DNA of 64,000 nt, taken from contig JAJRTE010000133.1 in assembly GCA_024278455.1 (NCBI GenBank), positions 9,658 to 73,657 on the forward strand. The letters are read 5' to 3'. Position numbers and translations under genes: made by a program. Below are positions 55,559-64,000 of the stretch, one piece after another; positions within the stretch are counted from its first letter, which is position 1, and each line of letters starts with the position of its first letter. The DNA is from Myxococcota bacterium. GTDB lineage: Bacteria > Myxococcota_A > UBA796 > JAJRTE01. Below the pieces are notes generated by a model. That model was not told the DNA's origin, did not search any database, and saw only the letters and a list, made by a program, of their open reading frames with translations.

Positions 55559-57322
55559 CTACGAGCCTGGGTCGAACACCCGCTCCTCGAGGCGCCTCAC
55601 ATGTCCCTTCAACACCAGGAAATTGAAGTACCCATGCGCGTTGTTGCGGCGGTCCCGCATGAACACGCTGACAGCGACGTAGCCGTCGAAGTAGGACAGG
55701 AGCCACGCCGGACGGCCCCGCAACAGCGCGAACCGGGGTATCGGACGCAAGGTCAGGTCTCGGTTCACCATGATGAAGGTCGGTCGCTTCAGCAGCGAGT
55801 AGGCGTAGTCCCCCTTTTCGTGCCCCGGTAGTCCCCGCCCCAGGCCCGGAATGTCCAGGTGGGCGATGTGGGTGTCCACCAGGCCGTGCTCGCCATAAAC
55901 CCGGATACCGGAGTAGTAGGAAATCGCACCGATCGCGTTCGTCAACACCGAATCCTGGGGAGATCTTGCATAGCGGCCGAAAAACTTCCCCAGAAGTGTC
56001 AGCCGCGCTGCGTGCCACCGCTCGAGATTCACCCCGTCCGCGTATCCGTGCATCCAGGCCGGCTTCCGGTACAGGTCGACCGCCCAAGCCGGCACCCCGA
56101 GCGCTCGCATCTGTGCTCGAGTCAAGCTGGGAAACGCGGTGTATGCCAGCATGCAGACCAACCACGCCCACAGGAACACACGCCCCCCCCGACCCGCCCC
56201 CCGGGATATCGCCCGCAGAGCCTCTTGTACCACGAAGTAAAGCAGGGGAAGTACCGGGACCAGGAACCGGAACATCGCCATGTAGTCCCCGCCGACATAG
56301 ACGACATAGAGAAGATATGGAACGACGACCAGGCCGACAGGCAGACTCCAGGACGCACCAGTGGCCCGGCTCACCTCACCGCGCGCGTCGCCTGTCACCC
56401 GGGCTTCTCTTTCCGGCTGGCGCTCCGTTCCCCATCGCCCCCAAAGCCTGACGACCGCCCAGGCCGGCAACAGCAATGCCGCCGGGAGGAGATAGACTCG
56501 AGCAAACAGGATGAGGTAGGAGACGCCCCGCTCTGCCTGGTGCACGCCGCCCCCTCCCTTGGCGTAGAAGGTGTTGGGGAGCAGAAAGCCGAACAGGCTG
56601 TATCGCCAGAGGAAGTAGGCCAGTCCGGGCCCCGCGAACACCGCGGTCCAGGCCAGGAACCGCCGCCGCTCATCCGTTCGCTCCTGCTCCTTGCCCAACC
56701 GGTACACGGTATGACCCCAAAACAGGAGAAAAACGAGAACCCCTTCAGGGCGCGTCAGCCCGGCGAGGAGAAGCAGGAACGGGACGGCCATGCCCAGCCG
56801 CTGCCTGCGCAGGCCAGCCACGTAGTGCACCACTGCCGCGGTCACGAAACAGGTGAACAAGTTGGTTTCCATGCCCGAGGTGGCCCAGGTGGCCACCGGA
56901 CCGGACACGGCGAGCAACGCTGGGGCAACGAGGCCAAGAAGCCCGGCCCCGTCTCCGTGCACCGTTCGTGACAGCCGGTACACCTCGAGCATCAGCCAGG
57001 CAGTGGCGGCCGTGCCCAGGACCTGGGCCACAAGGCCCGGCTCGAGGTCCAGTTTCATGGCGATGGCGAGGAGAATCACCCACAGAAAATTCGTGTACCC
57101 CTCGACAGGGGGTTCACCGATGTTCCACACCAGCCCGTGCCCCCCGGCCAGGTTCCGGGCGAATCGAAACGAAATTAAGGCGTCTTCGGCGACACAGGCC
57201 AGGTGGACCGCATGCACCACCATGATTGCGACCAGGCATGCCAGTCCAACCCATTCCCATCGATGCGAACGCGGCACGCGCTCCGCCACGACCTCCCCTT
57301 CCTTCCCGATAGCCACGTCCAC
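55559..57322 (-). CDS. Polytopic integral membrane protein, GT-C-fold glycosyltransferase-like (ArnT/PMT/arabinosyltransferase-like)
   Basis: More than 12 predicted TM helices. N-terminal DALISFRFARNLAGGHGLVWNIGEPPVEGYTNFLW. Family assignment is tentative. Confidence 0.4.
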   Translation of the reverse strand: MDVAIGKEGEVVAERVPRSHRWEWVGLACLVAIMVVHAVHLACVAEDALISFRFARNLAGGHGLVWNIGEPPVEGYTNFLWVILLAIAMKLDLEPGLVAQVLGTAATAWLMLEVYRLSRTVHGDGAGLLGLVAPALLAVSGPVATWATSGMETNLFTCFVTAAVVHYVAGLRRQRLGMAVPFLLLLAGLTRPEGVLVFLLFWGHTVYRLGKEQERTDERRRFLAWTAVFAGPGLAYFLWRYSLFGFLLPNTFYAKGGGGVHQAERGVSYLILFARVYLLPAALLLPAWAVVRLWGRWGTERQPEREARVTGDARGEVSRATGASWSLPVGLVVVPYLLYVVYVGGDYMAMFRFLVPVLPLLYFVVQEALRAISRGAGRGGRVFLWAWLVCMLAYTAFPSLTRAQMRALGVPAWAVDLYRKPAWMHGYADGVNLERWHAARLTLLGKFFGRYARSPQDSVLTNAIGAISYYSGIRVYGEHGLVDTHIAHLDIPGLGRGLPGHEKGDYAYSLLKRPTFIMVNRDLTLRPIPRFALLRGRPAWLLSYFDGYVAVSVFMRDRRNNAHGYFNFLVLKGHVRRLEERVFDPGS

Positions 57323-57386
57323 CCCGTCCCTGCGACCTCCCGCAATCCTGTCGGTGTTGGGCGACGCGCCCGATGAGACCGCGCGC

Positions 57387-58223
57387 TCACTCGAACAGGG
57401 CGTCCTTGTCGGGCAGGCTGTTCATGGTGGCGCAGTCCATCGGTGTGTCGAGTGCCTGGAGGATGAAGTAGTTGTGCTCCGGCACGCCGTCCGGACGTGT
57501 GCCGTAACCGTCTCCGGAGGCCCAGTCGTCGCCCTCGCTCGCCCCCAGCACGGTCTGCTCCACCACCTGGTCGATGTATCCCTCGATCCGCCCCGCGCTG
57601 ATGACCCGGCCATCGAGGACCGTGTGGGCACGCTGAGTCACGTAGACTTCAGCGTACCCATCCCCGAGCCATCCCTCGATGATCGATGTGATGCCTGGAT
57701 GACCGTCCAGGTCGGTGTCCTCGACTCGAGGGTCGTCTGGATCGGTGGGGAGGTCCTCCTCCCAGGGGTCGCCGAGCGCTGCGCCGTACAGCGTGAACAC
57801 GTCGGCCGAATAGTCCGCGCCCACAACCATGTCGCTCAAGGTCGCGTCGGTGGTGCGGCTGGCGCAACAATCGAAGAACTGTTGCGGCATGCTGGCCTGG
57901 ATGCCGACCACTTCGCTGATCTCGAGGGCGCACTTGGTTTCGTGCTGATACACGTGTCCCCCCGTTTCCTCCCACTCGAGAACGTAGTAGTCACGGCTTT
58001 GAGTGGCGAGGAATTCGAACGAACTCAGGATCGGGGCATCGATGACAGTAGTCGTCACCCACAGCATGGCCCAGTAGCGTGCCGGCTGGAAGGTATCACC
58101 GCGTTCCTCCTCGACGACACCGGCAGGCTCATAGCTGGTGATCCGGTCACTGCACGCCGTCACGGCAAGGCCGCATACGGCGGCGAAGGCCAGTAACCAG
58201 GGGGTCGGACGCATTCCTCTCAT
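57387..58223 (-). CDS. Hypothetical acidic lipoprotein (278 aa)
   Basis: GGAGG RBS 6 nt upstream. Lipobox WLLAFAAVCGLAVTACSDR. No recognised family. Confidence 0.4.
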   Translation of the reverse strand: MRGMRPTPWLLAFAAVCGLAVTACSDRITSYEPAGVVEEERGDTFQPARYWAMLWVTTTVIDAPILSSFEFLATQSRDYYVLEWEETGGHVYQHETKCALEISEVVGIQASMPQQFFDCCASRTTDATLSDMVVGADYSADVFTLYGAALGDPWEEDLPTDPDDPRVEDTDLDGHPGITSIIEGWLGDGYAEVYVTQRAHTVLDGRVISAGRIEGYIDQVVEQTVLGASEGDDWASGDGYGTRPDGVPEHNYFILQALDTPMDCATMNSLPDKDALFE

Positions 58224-58486
58224 ATTGCCTCCTGTCCGCGCTCGCGACGCGCGGTCCTTCGGAGTTGCTGCGCGGTTCGAGCCGCCCCTGTCCGGGCGAC
58301 CGATGCTCGTTGCCGGGTCGTTCACGCAGTGCCACGGAGTCGACGGCCGTCTGCACGGCAGGTATATCTTCCTACGAAGGTTCCACATTCACAAGGGGAT
58401 TCCGGCCATCGCCCGGGGGAGGGACGCCATCTCGAGGTGCCGGATGGAGGAATCGGTGAGAAGGCCTTGGACCAGGGAGCGCAGGC

Positions 58487-59440
58487 TCACACGACCTGAC
58501 CGGCGAGCACGAGGATCCAGCGAAGGGCGAGTCCTCCTACCAGGATCAACACCGGGGCGAGCAGGGTGGGCCGGAGGTTCCGGCGACTCTCGATGACTTC
58601 CAACGCGAGCGGCGTGGCCAGGCCAACGGCAACGACCAGGGTCCAGAAAACAGCGGTGAACCGCCCCCCCAGGAACAGGTGGACAGCCTCGGCCCCTCGA
58701 CTCCCCCCGCTCGCGCCAAGGCTCAAAAGGAACAGGAACACGAACACCACCTCGGTGACGATGGCCGCGACATCCCAACGCCGCAACTGATGGTGACCGT
58801 CCTCACCTACCGGAAAGAGCATCATGAATGCCGCGCCGGTGGAGATACCGGACACGAGGAACAAGGGCGCGAGGATGATCGAGTTCCACGCCGGGCGCGC
58901 TGCCAGGGTGCCGAGCAGGAGGCCGGTGTAGGCACCCAGCCCGATACCCAGCACGATATTGGTCCAGTACAGCCCAACACGGTGCGCATCGGCCACGCCT
59001 CGAGCCCATGTCACGAGCCGGTCCAGCCGAAGCGCACGCACCGGACGCCAGGCGTTGACAGCCACCACCTCCTCCGTCGTCAAGCCGGACAGACCGAGAA
59101 GCAACGTGGCGGGATAGATGGCAACCAGGATCCAAGCACCCCACGACATCGGCGACGTGGGCCGAAAGGCGAGGTAGAACCGGAACACGTATTCCCGGTG
59201 CGCGAGATCCAGGAACAACGCCAGCATGCCGATCGAGATCGCTATCGGCGCTGCGAACGGCAGCCATCGCTCCCAGCGGGAGGAGCGGTTCTCCCCTTGG
59301 CGCATGCGCAAAAGAGGCCACAGGATCATGATGCCTGCAGCGACCCCGCCGAGGAAGAGGTAGAGAGGAATCTCCCACCTCCAGATCGTGAGGTGAGGGT
59401 CGATCTGGAGATTGTTTCGAACCACATCGATTTCTTGCAT
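58487..59440 (-). CDS. NrfD/PsrC-family polysulfide/thiosulfate reductase membrane anchor subunit
   Basis: IWRWEIPLYLFLGGVAAGIMIL is the NrfD-family first-helix signature. 8 TM helices. 317 aa. Confidence 0.7.
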   Translation of the reverse strand: MQEIDVVRNNLQIDPHLTIWRWEIPLYLFLGGVAAGIMILWPLLRMRQGENRSSRWERWLPFAAPIAISIGMLALFLDLAHREYVFRFYLAFRPTSPMSWGAWILVAIYPATLLLGLSGLTTEEVVAVNAWRPVRALRLDRLVTWARGVADAHRVGLYWTNIVLGIGLGAYTGLLLGTLAARPAWNSIILAPLFLVSGISTGAAFMMLFPVGEDGHHQLRRWDVAAIVTEVVFVFLFLLSLGASGGSRGAEAVHLFLGGRFTAVFWTLVVAVGLATPLALEVIESRRNLRPTLLAPVLILVGGLALRWILVLAGQVV

Positions 59441-59574
59441 GGATGACTCTCCTGGTCCTTGTCACGTTCGCGCCGGAGTCTGAAGTGGTGGCGCAAGCGA
59501 ATCGACGCTCCGGAAACCCACGCCGGCTGGGCCAGGACGGCTCCCAGGAGGCCGTCCCTTCCGCCAGTCAGGCG

Positions 59575-60789
59575 TCAACCACTGCACCCGCCTCCCTTGC
59601 GCGGCTTGGGGGGCACATACTGCTGCACGGGTGCCGCCGGCGGCGGTGGAGCAGCCCGTCCAGTGAGCGCGCCGTTGACCGCCGCACGGAACCGATACGC
59701 GATCCTCTCCGCCTCCGATACCTCGGGCCCAGGTGGCTCGGGCGTCTCGAGCGCCCACTGCCGCCATGCGCCGAACCCACCCTCCAGCAGCAGGATGTCT
59801 CCCTTGTAACCCATGGCTTCCACCGGCACACTCGAGGGGCCGGATTCGTCCATCAACACCAGTGCGCGCGTGCCGGGACTGTACTGCAGGCCGAGATTGC
59901 CCAGCGTCTCCCGCGGAACACATTCCGCTCCGGGAACCCGTTCCTTGGCACACGCTTCTCGAGCACGCAGGTCGACAATCTTGAGCTGCCACGGCATGTC
60001 GATGATCCGCCGCGCCAATTCGCTCGGGCTGATACGCACCGGCTCGACAGGACGCGCGGCCTCCGACTGCCCTACCGGCAGAAAAAGCGCCCCGACCGCC
60101 AGCAGGCCGGCAACCCCGTAGAGCCCGAACGCCAGGCGGCGGGGTGCAGAAGCCGAACGGCGTTCCTCGTCGACGACCGACGCGGCCACCGCGATCCGTT
60201 GCGTCATGATCTTCTCCACCTTCTCGGCCCCCACGAAGGCCCCAATCGCCATGAGCGCAATCGCCACCGCCACGATTTCCGGTGGCACGCCCAACACCTG
60301 GTACAAGAAGAGCTGTCCCTTGTCTCCACTGAGATAGAAGCCCTCGAGAACCGGGTACAGCTCTCCGAACAGCAGCGTGCCGAGAAGGACACCGGCCGCG
60401 GTCAGCAGGGCATCGAGGTTCCCCGACGCGGTGCCCACCAGCGATGTCCCCGGACAGTAGCCCGACATGATGAATCCGGCGCCGAGCAGCAGGCCGCCAA
60501 ACAGCATCGGCCACACGTAGGTCGCGGACACCGCCCCTTCCGACAGCGACACCAGGTCCACCAGGCCCAGACCAGCGGCAACGACCACCCCCAACATCGC
60601 GGTCACGATGGCGCCGAACATGACCTTGAACACCGTCATGTCGTACAGGTAGAACTGGGCTGCCAGCTTGGGAGCACGCCCGAATCCGGCACGCTCGAGC
60701 ACGAAACCGAATCCGAACCCCACCAGGAGACCCACCACCAGGCCGACTTCGCGATACCCTTCCACCAGAGATTCGACCGGCAACATCAT
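59575..60789 (-). CDS. YeeE/YedE-family sulfur-compound transporter half fused to C-terminal rhodanese-like domain
   Basis: GAGGAGGG RBS. GFIMSGYCPGTSLVG is the YeeE/YedE conserved Cys motif. C-terminal ARRIIDMPWQLKIVDLRAREACAKERVPGAECVPRE...LVLMDESG is rhodanese-like, but no catalytic CxxGxR was seen, so it is possibly non-catalytic. Confidence 0.6.
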   Translation of the reverse strand: MMLPVESLVEGYREVGLVVGLLVGFGFGFVLERAGFGRAPKLAAQFYLYDMTVFKVMFGAIVTAMLGVVVAAGLGLVDLVSLSEGAVSATYVWPMLFGGLLLGAGFIMSGYCPGTSLVGTASGNLDALLTAAGVLLGTLLFGELYPVLEGFYLSGDKGQLFLYQVLGVPPEIVAVAIALMAIGAFVGAEKVEKIMTQRIAVAASVVDEERRSASAPRRLAFGLYGVAGLLAVGALFLPVGQSEAARPVEPVRISPSELARRIIDMPWQLKIVDLRAREACAKERVPGAECVPRETLGNLGLQYSPGTRALVLMDESGPSSVPVEAMGYKGDILLLEGGFGAWRQWALETPEPPGPEVSEAERIAYRFRAAVNGALTGRAAPPPPAAPVQQYVPPKPRKGGGCSG

Positions 60790-61313
60790 GTCCACTCCCT
60801 CCTCACGAAGTAGGCCACAGCGTAGCCACCGGCAAACACCGCGAGCATGAATATCCAGCTCCCGGCCGACATCAACGCCCCTCCGCTGAGCGCCTGACCC
60901 GACGTGCAGCCTCGAGTCAGCCTGGCGGCGAACCCCATCAGGACGCCTCCGGTCACCGCCAACGCCAGCCGGGCCGGCACGCCTATCCGCGGACCCTTCC
61001 GGACCCCCACCTTCATCCGGCCGGCGGCGTAGGACGACACGAGACCACCCAGGAACACGCCCACGACCATGAAGATGTAGAAGTTGTCCAGCGCACTGCG
61101 GCCCCCAGACACCACGTGAGAGAAATGCGGGTTGCGGGCCACGTGTTCGGGAGCCACGGCACCGAGGGCCGCCACGCCGAAACGATAGACGGCTCCGGAC
61201 GCCCCGAGGCCTTGCCCCATGATCAGGAACGACGCCAGCAGGACCAGGCCCAGGGCCACACCCGCCAGGTAGGGATTCCAAAATCGCTGCTCCTGGTTCT
61301 CCATCTGTGCCAT
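60786..61313 (-). CDS. YeeE/YedE-family sulfur transporter, N-terminal half (175 aa)
   Basis: FAARLTRGCTSGQALSG is the conserved YeeE/YedE Cys motif. 4 TM helices. ATGA overlap with the downstream half. Confidence 0.65.
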   Translation of the reverse strand: MAQMENQEQRFWNPYLAGVALGLVLLASFLIMGQGLGASGAVYRFGVAALGAVAPEHVARNPHFSHVVSGGRSALDNFYIFMVVGVFLGGLVSSYAAGRMKVGVRKGPRIGVPARLALAVTGGVLMGFAARLTRGCTSGQALSGGALMSAGSWIFMLAVFAGGYAVAYFVRREWT

Positions 61314-61320
61314 CCTCCTC

Positions 61321-61863
61321 TCAGAGCAGGAAATAGAGGTTCGGCTTCAAACCCAGCTCCGGCTTGAGCACCTTGTACTTCCGGGATCGAAGCGCTTTCG
61401 ATACATCGCTGCCTGGATCGGACAGGTCGCCAAAACGCAACGCCGACGTGGGACAGATGTCCACACATCCCGGCTTCTCCCCCCTCTGGACCCGGTGCAG
61501 GCAGAACGTACACTTGTCCACGTAGCCCTCGCTGTGGACGTACCGGGCGTTGTAGGGGCAGGCGGCGATGCAGGCCTTGCAACCACTGCACTTGTAGTGG
61601 GTCACCAGCACGGCGCCCCCCTCGGCCACATGGCTCGCACCGGTCGGACAGGCCGACACACACGGGGGATCGTCACAGTGGTTGCACCGCTCCGACCGGT
61701 TCTCCTGTACCAGCGTCGGGAACTCGCCTCGAGTCTCACTGACAACCCAGTCCCGATACCCCTTCTCCGGCAAGGCGTTCTCCGCCTTGCACGCAAGCAC
61801 ACAAGCCTGGCACCCGACGCACAACCGGGTGTCCATCGTCATGGCATACCTTGGTGATTTCAT
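61321..61863 (-). CDS. 4Fe-4S ferredoxin-type iron-sulfur subunit of a molybdopterin oxidoreductase (PsrB/PhsB/NrfC/DmsB-like)
   Basis: Four Cys clusters: CVGCQACVLACKAEN, CNHCDDPPCVSACPTGA, CSGCKACIAACPYNA, CTFCLHRVQRGEKPGCVDICP. Confidence 0.85.
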   Translation of the reverse strand: MKSPRYAMTMDTRLCVGCQACVLACKAENALPEKGYRDWVVSETRGEFPTLVQENRSERCNHCDDPPCVSACPTGASHVAEGGAVLVTHYKCSGCKACIAACPYNARYVHSEGYVDKCTFCLHRVQRGEKPGCVDICPTSALRFGDLSDPGSDVSKALRSRKYKVLKPELGLKPNLYFLL

Positions 61864-64000
61864 GTCGTACTCGCTGTTGCTCGCTCAATGCGCACGAAGT
61901 TGACGTTCATTCCGGTGCCGCCCATGATCGGGTCGACTTTGTACCGGGTGATCAACTCACTGTCCGAGGCACCCCGGCCCCGGGCAAACGTCAGGCCCTT
62001 GGCCGTGTGGCCGAATCCGTGGACCATGTACACGCAATCGCCGCGAATGCGCTGCGTCACCTTCGCCTTCACCGGTTGCGACCGCACGCCGTCCTGGTTC
62101 ACGAGCACGACCAGCTCCCCGCTCTTCAACGGCCCCCCGAGTCCCGGCAGGTCGCGCGCCACCGACGCATTGACCCACACTTCGTTCTCCGGGTCTGCCA
62201 GCGCCAGGAAACGGTTGTTGGTCGAACGCCCGAAACTGTGGACCGGCGACCGCCCGAACAGCAGCCGGAACATCCCCGGTGGCGGCTCGTCAGGCGCTCG
62301 ATAGACCGGCATCGGGTCGTGGCCGAGCATCTCCAGGGGCTTGCTGTACAACTCGATCTTTCCACTCCCGGTCGCGAACGACAGTGCCACCCCCTCCTCC
62401 TCGGTCACCGGTACCGGCTTGCCACGGATGACGCCGGTGCGCTTGAGTTCCTCGCAGTCGTAGCCACCGGCCTTGACCCGCGCCAGGGCATACTCCACGC
62501 TGTCCTTCCACGGAAAGTAGTCCTCGAGCCCCAGCCGCCGGCCGAGTTCGCGCGCTATCCACCAGCCGGGCTTCGAATCGTACATCGGTTCCACGACCGG
62601 CTGGCGGACCGCGATGAACGGCTCCTTGTACCGGGCCACGTGGAGGTCGTCGCACCGCTCGAGGTAGGTGCTCTCCGGCAACACCACGTCGGCCCAACCA
62701 GTCAACTCGACGGGCAGAACGTCGATCGCCGCAATGAATTCGAGCTTCTGGATCGCTTCCTTGGTCTGCCTGGGGTCGGGCAGCGACTGTAGCAGGTTGG
62801 TCCCGTATACCAGCCATGCCTTGATGTCGTAGACCGACTTGCCGGGTATGGTCGCGTCGCACAGTCCTGACGCCAGCGTCTCGTCGGCGAGAGGATAGAG
62901 GCTCCCGGGCCGGTCCGCCTTCTCCCTAGGATGATAGGCATACGCCGTGTAGGGGAACCGGGGCAGCGACATCTTCGAAGGAAGCAGGTACCCTCCCCGG
63001 CGCCCCCAACTACCCAGAAGTGCGGCAACGATGGCCATGGCCCGGATGCGCTGGGTATCGTCGCCGTACCAGGTCGTCCGCCGACCCGGATGGATCAACG
63101 ACGCCGGCTTGAACGACGCGATGAACCTGCCCGTCTCGCGAATCCGTTCCGGCTCGATCCCGGTGTGCGGATAGGCCCACTCCGGCGTCTTGTCCGCCAC
63201 GTGCGCTCTCAACTCGTCGAAACCTGTCGTGTACTTCTCCACGTAGTCGATGTCGTACCGCTTTTCCGTGATGATCACGTTCATCCAGGCGAGAAGCAGG
63301 GCGATGTCCGACCCCGGCTTGATTGGAAGCCAGTACCGGGCCTTCCCGGCCGCCGTCGAAAACCTCGGATCCACCACCACCAGTTCCGCTCCGCGAGCAA
63401 TCGCCCGCGACATGTCCTGCACCTGCGTGTTGTGCATGTTCTCGCCCAGGTGCGAACCTATCAACACCAAGCACCGCGTGTGCTCCATGTCGATGGCCTC
63501 CGGAGACCCCAGCCCCTGCCCGAACGTGAGCCAGTAGCCAACCTCTCGAGGCCCCCGGCACTGCGCATAGGACGGCGCCGCGATGTTGGGCGACCCGTAG
63601 GCCTTGATCAAATGGCTGAACCAGCTTCCACCGAATCCGTGCGTGAACAACGCCAGCGCCTCCGGACCATGCTTCTCCCGAATCGCCAACATCTTCCCGG
63701 CGACTTCGTCCAGCGCCGCATCCCACGAAACCTCCTCGAATACTTGCTCCCCACGCTTCTCAACCCGGATCATCGGGCGCTTCAGCCGGTCCGGATCGTA
63801 CAGCAACCCCGTGCCCCCGGTACCTCGAGGACAAAGCTTGCCCCGAGACAACGGATGCGCCGGATTGCCCTTGAGCTTGGTCACCCGCCCGTCCTTCACG
63901 TGGGCAAGCACCCCGCATTTCCAGAAACACAACTCGCAAAACGTCGGGACAACCTTCGTCCCCTCCGTGCCGGGATCGTGGACCGGGTCCTTGTCCAACC
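61860..64000 (-). CDS. Molybdopterin oxidoreductase catalytic subunit (PsrA/PhsA/TtrA-like polysulfide/thiosulfate/tetrathionate reductase), N-terminus beyond window
   Basis: N-terminal FeS motif CELCFWKCGVLAHVKDGRVTKLKGNPAHPLSRGKLCPRG. Molybdopterin-binding regions LVLIGSHLGENMH, VVVDPRFS. C-terminal domain VVLVNQDGVRSQPVKAKVTQRIRGDCVYMVHGFGHT. The frame is still open at 64000. Confidence 0.85.
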   Translation of the reverse strand, partial: LDKDPVHDPGTEGTKVVPTFCELCFWKCGVLAHVKDGRVTKLKGNPAHPLSRGKLCPRGTGGTGLLYDPDRLKRPMIRVEKRGEQVFEEVSWDAALDEVAGKMLAIREKHGPEALALFTHGFGGSWFSHLIKAYGSPNIAAPSYAQCRGPREVGYWLTFGQGLGSPEAIDMEHTRCLVLIGSHLGENMHNTQVQDMSRAIARGAELVVVDPRFSTAAGKARYWLPIKPGSDIALLLAWMNVIITEKRYDIDYVEKYTTGFDELRAHVADKTPEWAYPHTGIEPERIRETGRFIASFKPASLIHPGRRTTWYGDDTQRIRAMAIVAALLGSWGRRGGYLLPSKMSLPRFPYTAYAYHPREKADRPGSLYPLADETLASGLCDATIPGKSVYDIKAWLVYGTNLLQSLPDPRQTKEAIQKLEFIAAIDVLPVELTGWADVVLPESTYLERCDDLHVARYKEPFIAVRQPVVEPMYDSKPGWWIARELGRRLGLEDYFPWKDSVEYALARVKAGGYDCEELKRTGVIRGKPVPVTEEEGVALSFATGSGKIELYSKPLEMLGHDPMPVYRAPDEPPPGMFRLLFGRSPVHSFGRSTNNRFLALADPENEVWVNASVARDLPGLGGPLKSGELVVLVNQDGVRSQPVKAKVTQRIRGDCVYMVHGFGHTAKGLTFARGRGASDSELITRYKVDPIMGGTGMNVNFVRIERATASTT

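Noticed and set aside
61860-64000. Assigning the molybdoenzyme specifically as thiosulfate reductase PhsA, or declaring it cytoplasmic for lack of a Tat signal
   Set aside because: The N-terminus lies beyond the window edge. The ORF-track 'start' at 63998 is just an in-frame TTG at the window boundary. Substrate specificity cannot be read from motifs alone.

Overview
This is a very GC-rich (~68-70%) bacterial chromosomal window with long spurious antisense ORFs in nearly every frame. I kept only ORFs with recognisable family signatures, signal peptides or lipoboxes, RBS-like motifs, or operon context. Coordinates I derived by hand-counting, such as the tRNA and the repeat elements, may be off by ±1-3 nt. 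Recurrent Cys-rich 'MopE-like' metal-binding repeats (DCDDxDxxxxPGAxExCDGxDNDCDG), acidic/Pro-Thr linkers and beta-helix (GG[AG]I/GGG) lipoproteins suggest a Myxococcota-like organism.

Supported content, in order along the window:
- 1-11 kb, minus strand: partial SSS-family symporter, two hypothetical proteins, a large MopE/beta-helix protein, cyclophilin, DUF72, and a penicillin/AHL-acylase lipoprotein.
- 11-16 kb: two tandem secreted alpha/beta hydrolase-type lipases and a MopE lipoprotein.
- 16.3-17.3 kb: tRNA-Ala(GGC), with a decayed TacA-like RHH antitoxin plus truncated GNAT toxin remnant bracketed by ~60-nt direct repeats.
- 17.8-21 kb: a pair of M16-like proteins without HxxEH.
- 21-24.4 kb: an arylsulfotransferase-like lipoprotein and a deoxyhypusine-synthase-like gene.
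- 24.5-34 kb, minus strand: an operon of an NfeD-like membrane protein, a flotillin, a small in-frame ORF and a ~2040-aa protein. That protein has a central MoxR/dynein-type AAA+ domain and ~26-aa coiled-coil tandem repeats. This is the most interesting candidate system.
- 34.3-40.6 kb: carboxylesterase, FGE-family protein, amidohydrolase, a small lipoprotein and an HtpX-like M48 protease.
- 40.6-43.8 kb: another MopE lipoprotein, then a HEPN/MNT (HepT/MntA-like) pair flanked by ~105-nt direct repeats.
- 44.2-55.5 kb: flavodoxin-like protein, membrane metallophosphoesterase, PHP-domain hydrolase, M15A peptidase, a 1.1-kb MopE/beta-helix lipoprotein and a GH13 alpha-amylase lipoprotein.
- 55.5-64 kb, minus strand: a GT-C-like membrane protein and a lipoprotein, then a Psr/Phs-type molybdopterin reductase operon (PsrA partial, PsrB, NrfD/PsrC). 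A split YeeE/YedE sulfur transporter with a rhodanese fusion is inserted between PsrB and PsrC.

No rRNA, CRISPR array or transposase was seen.
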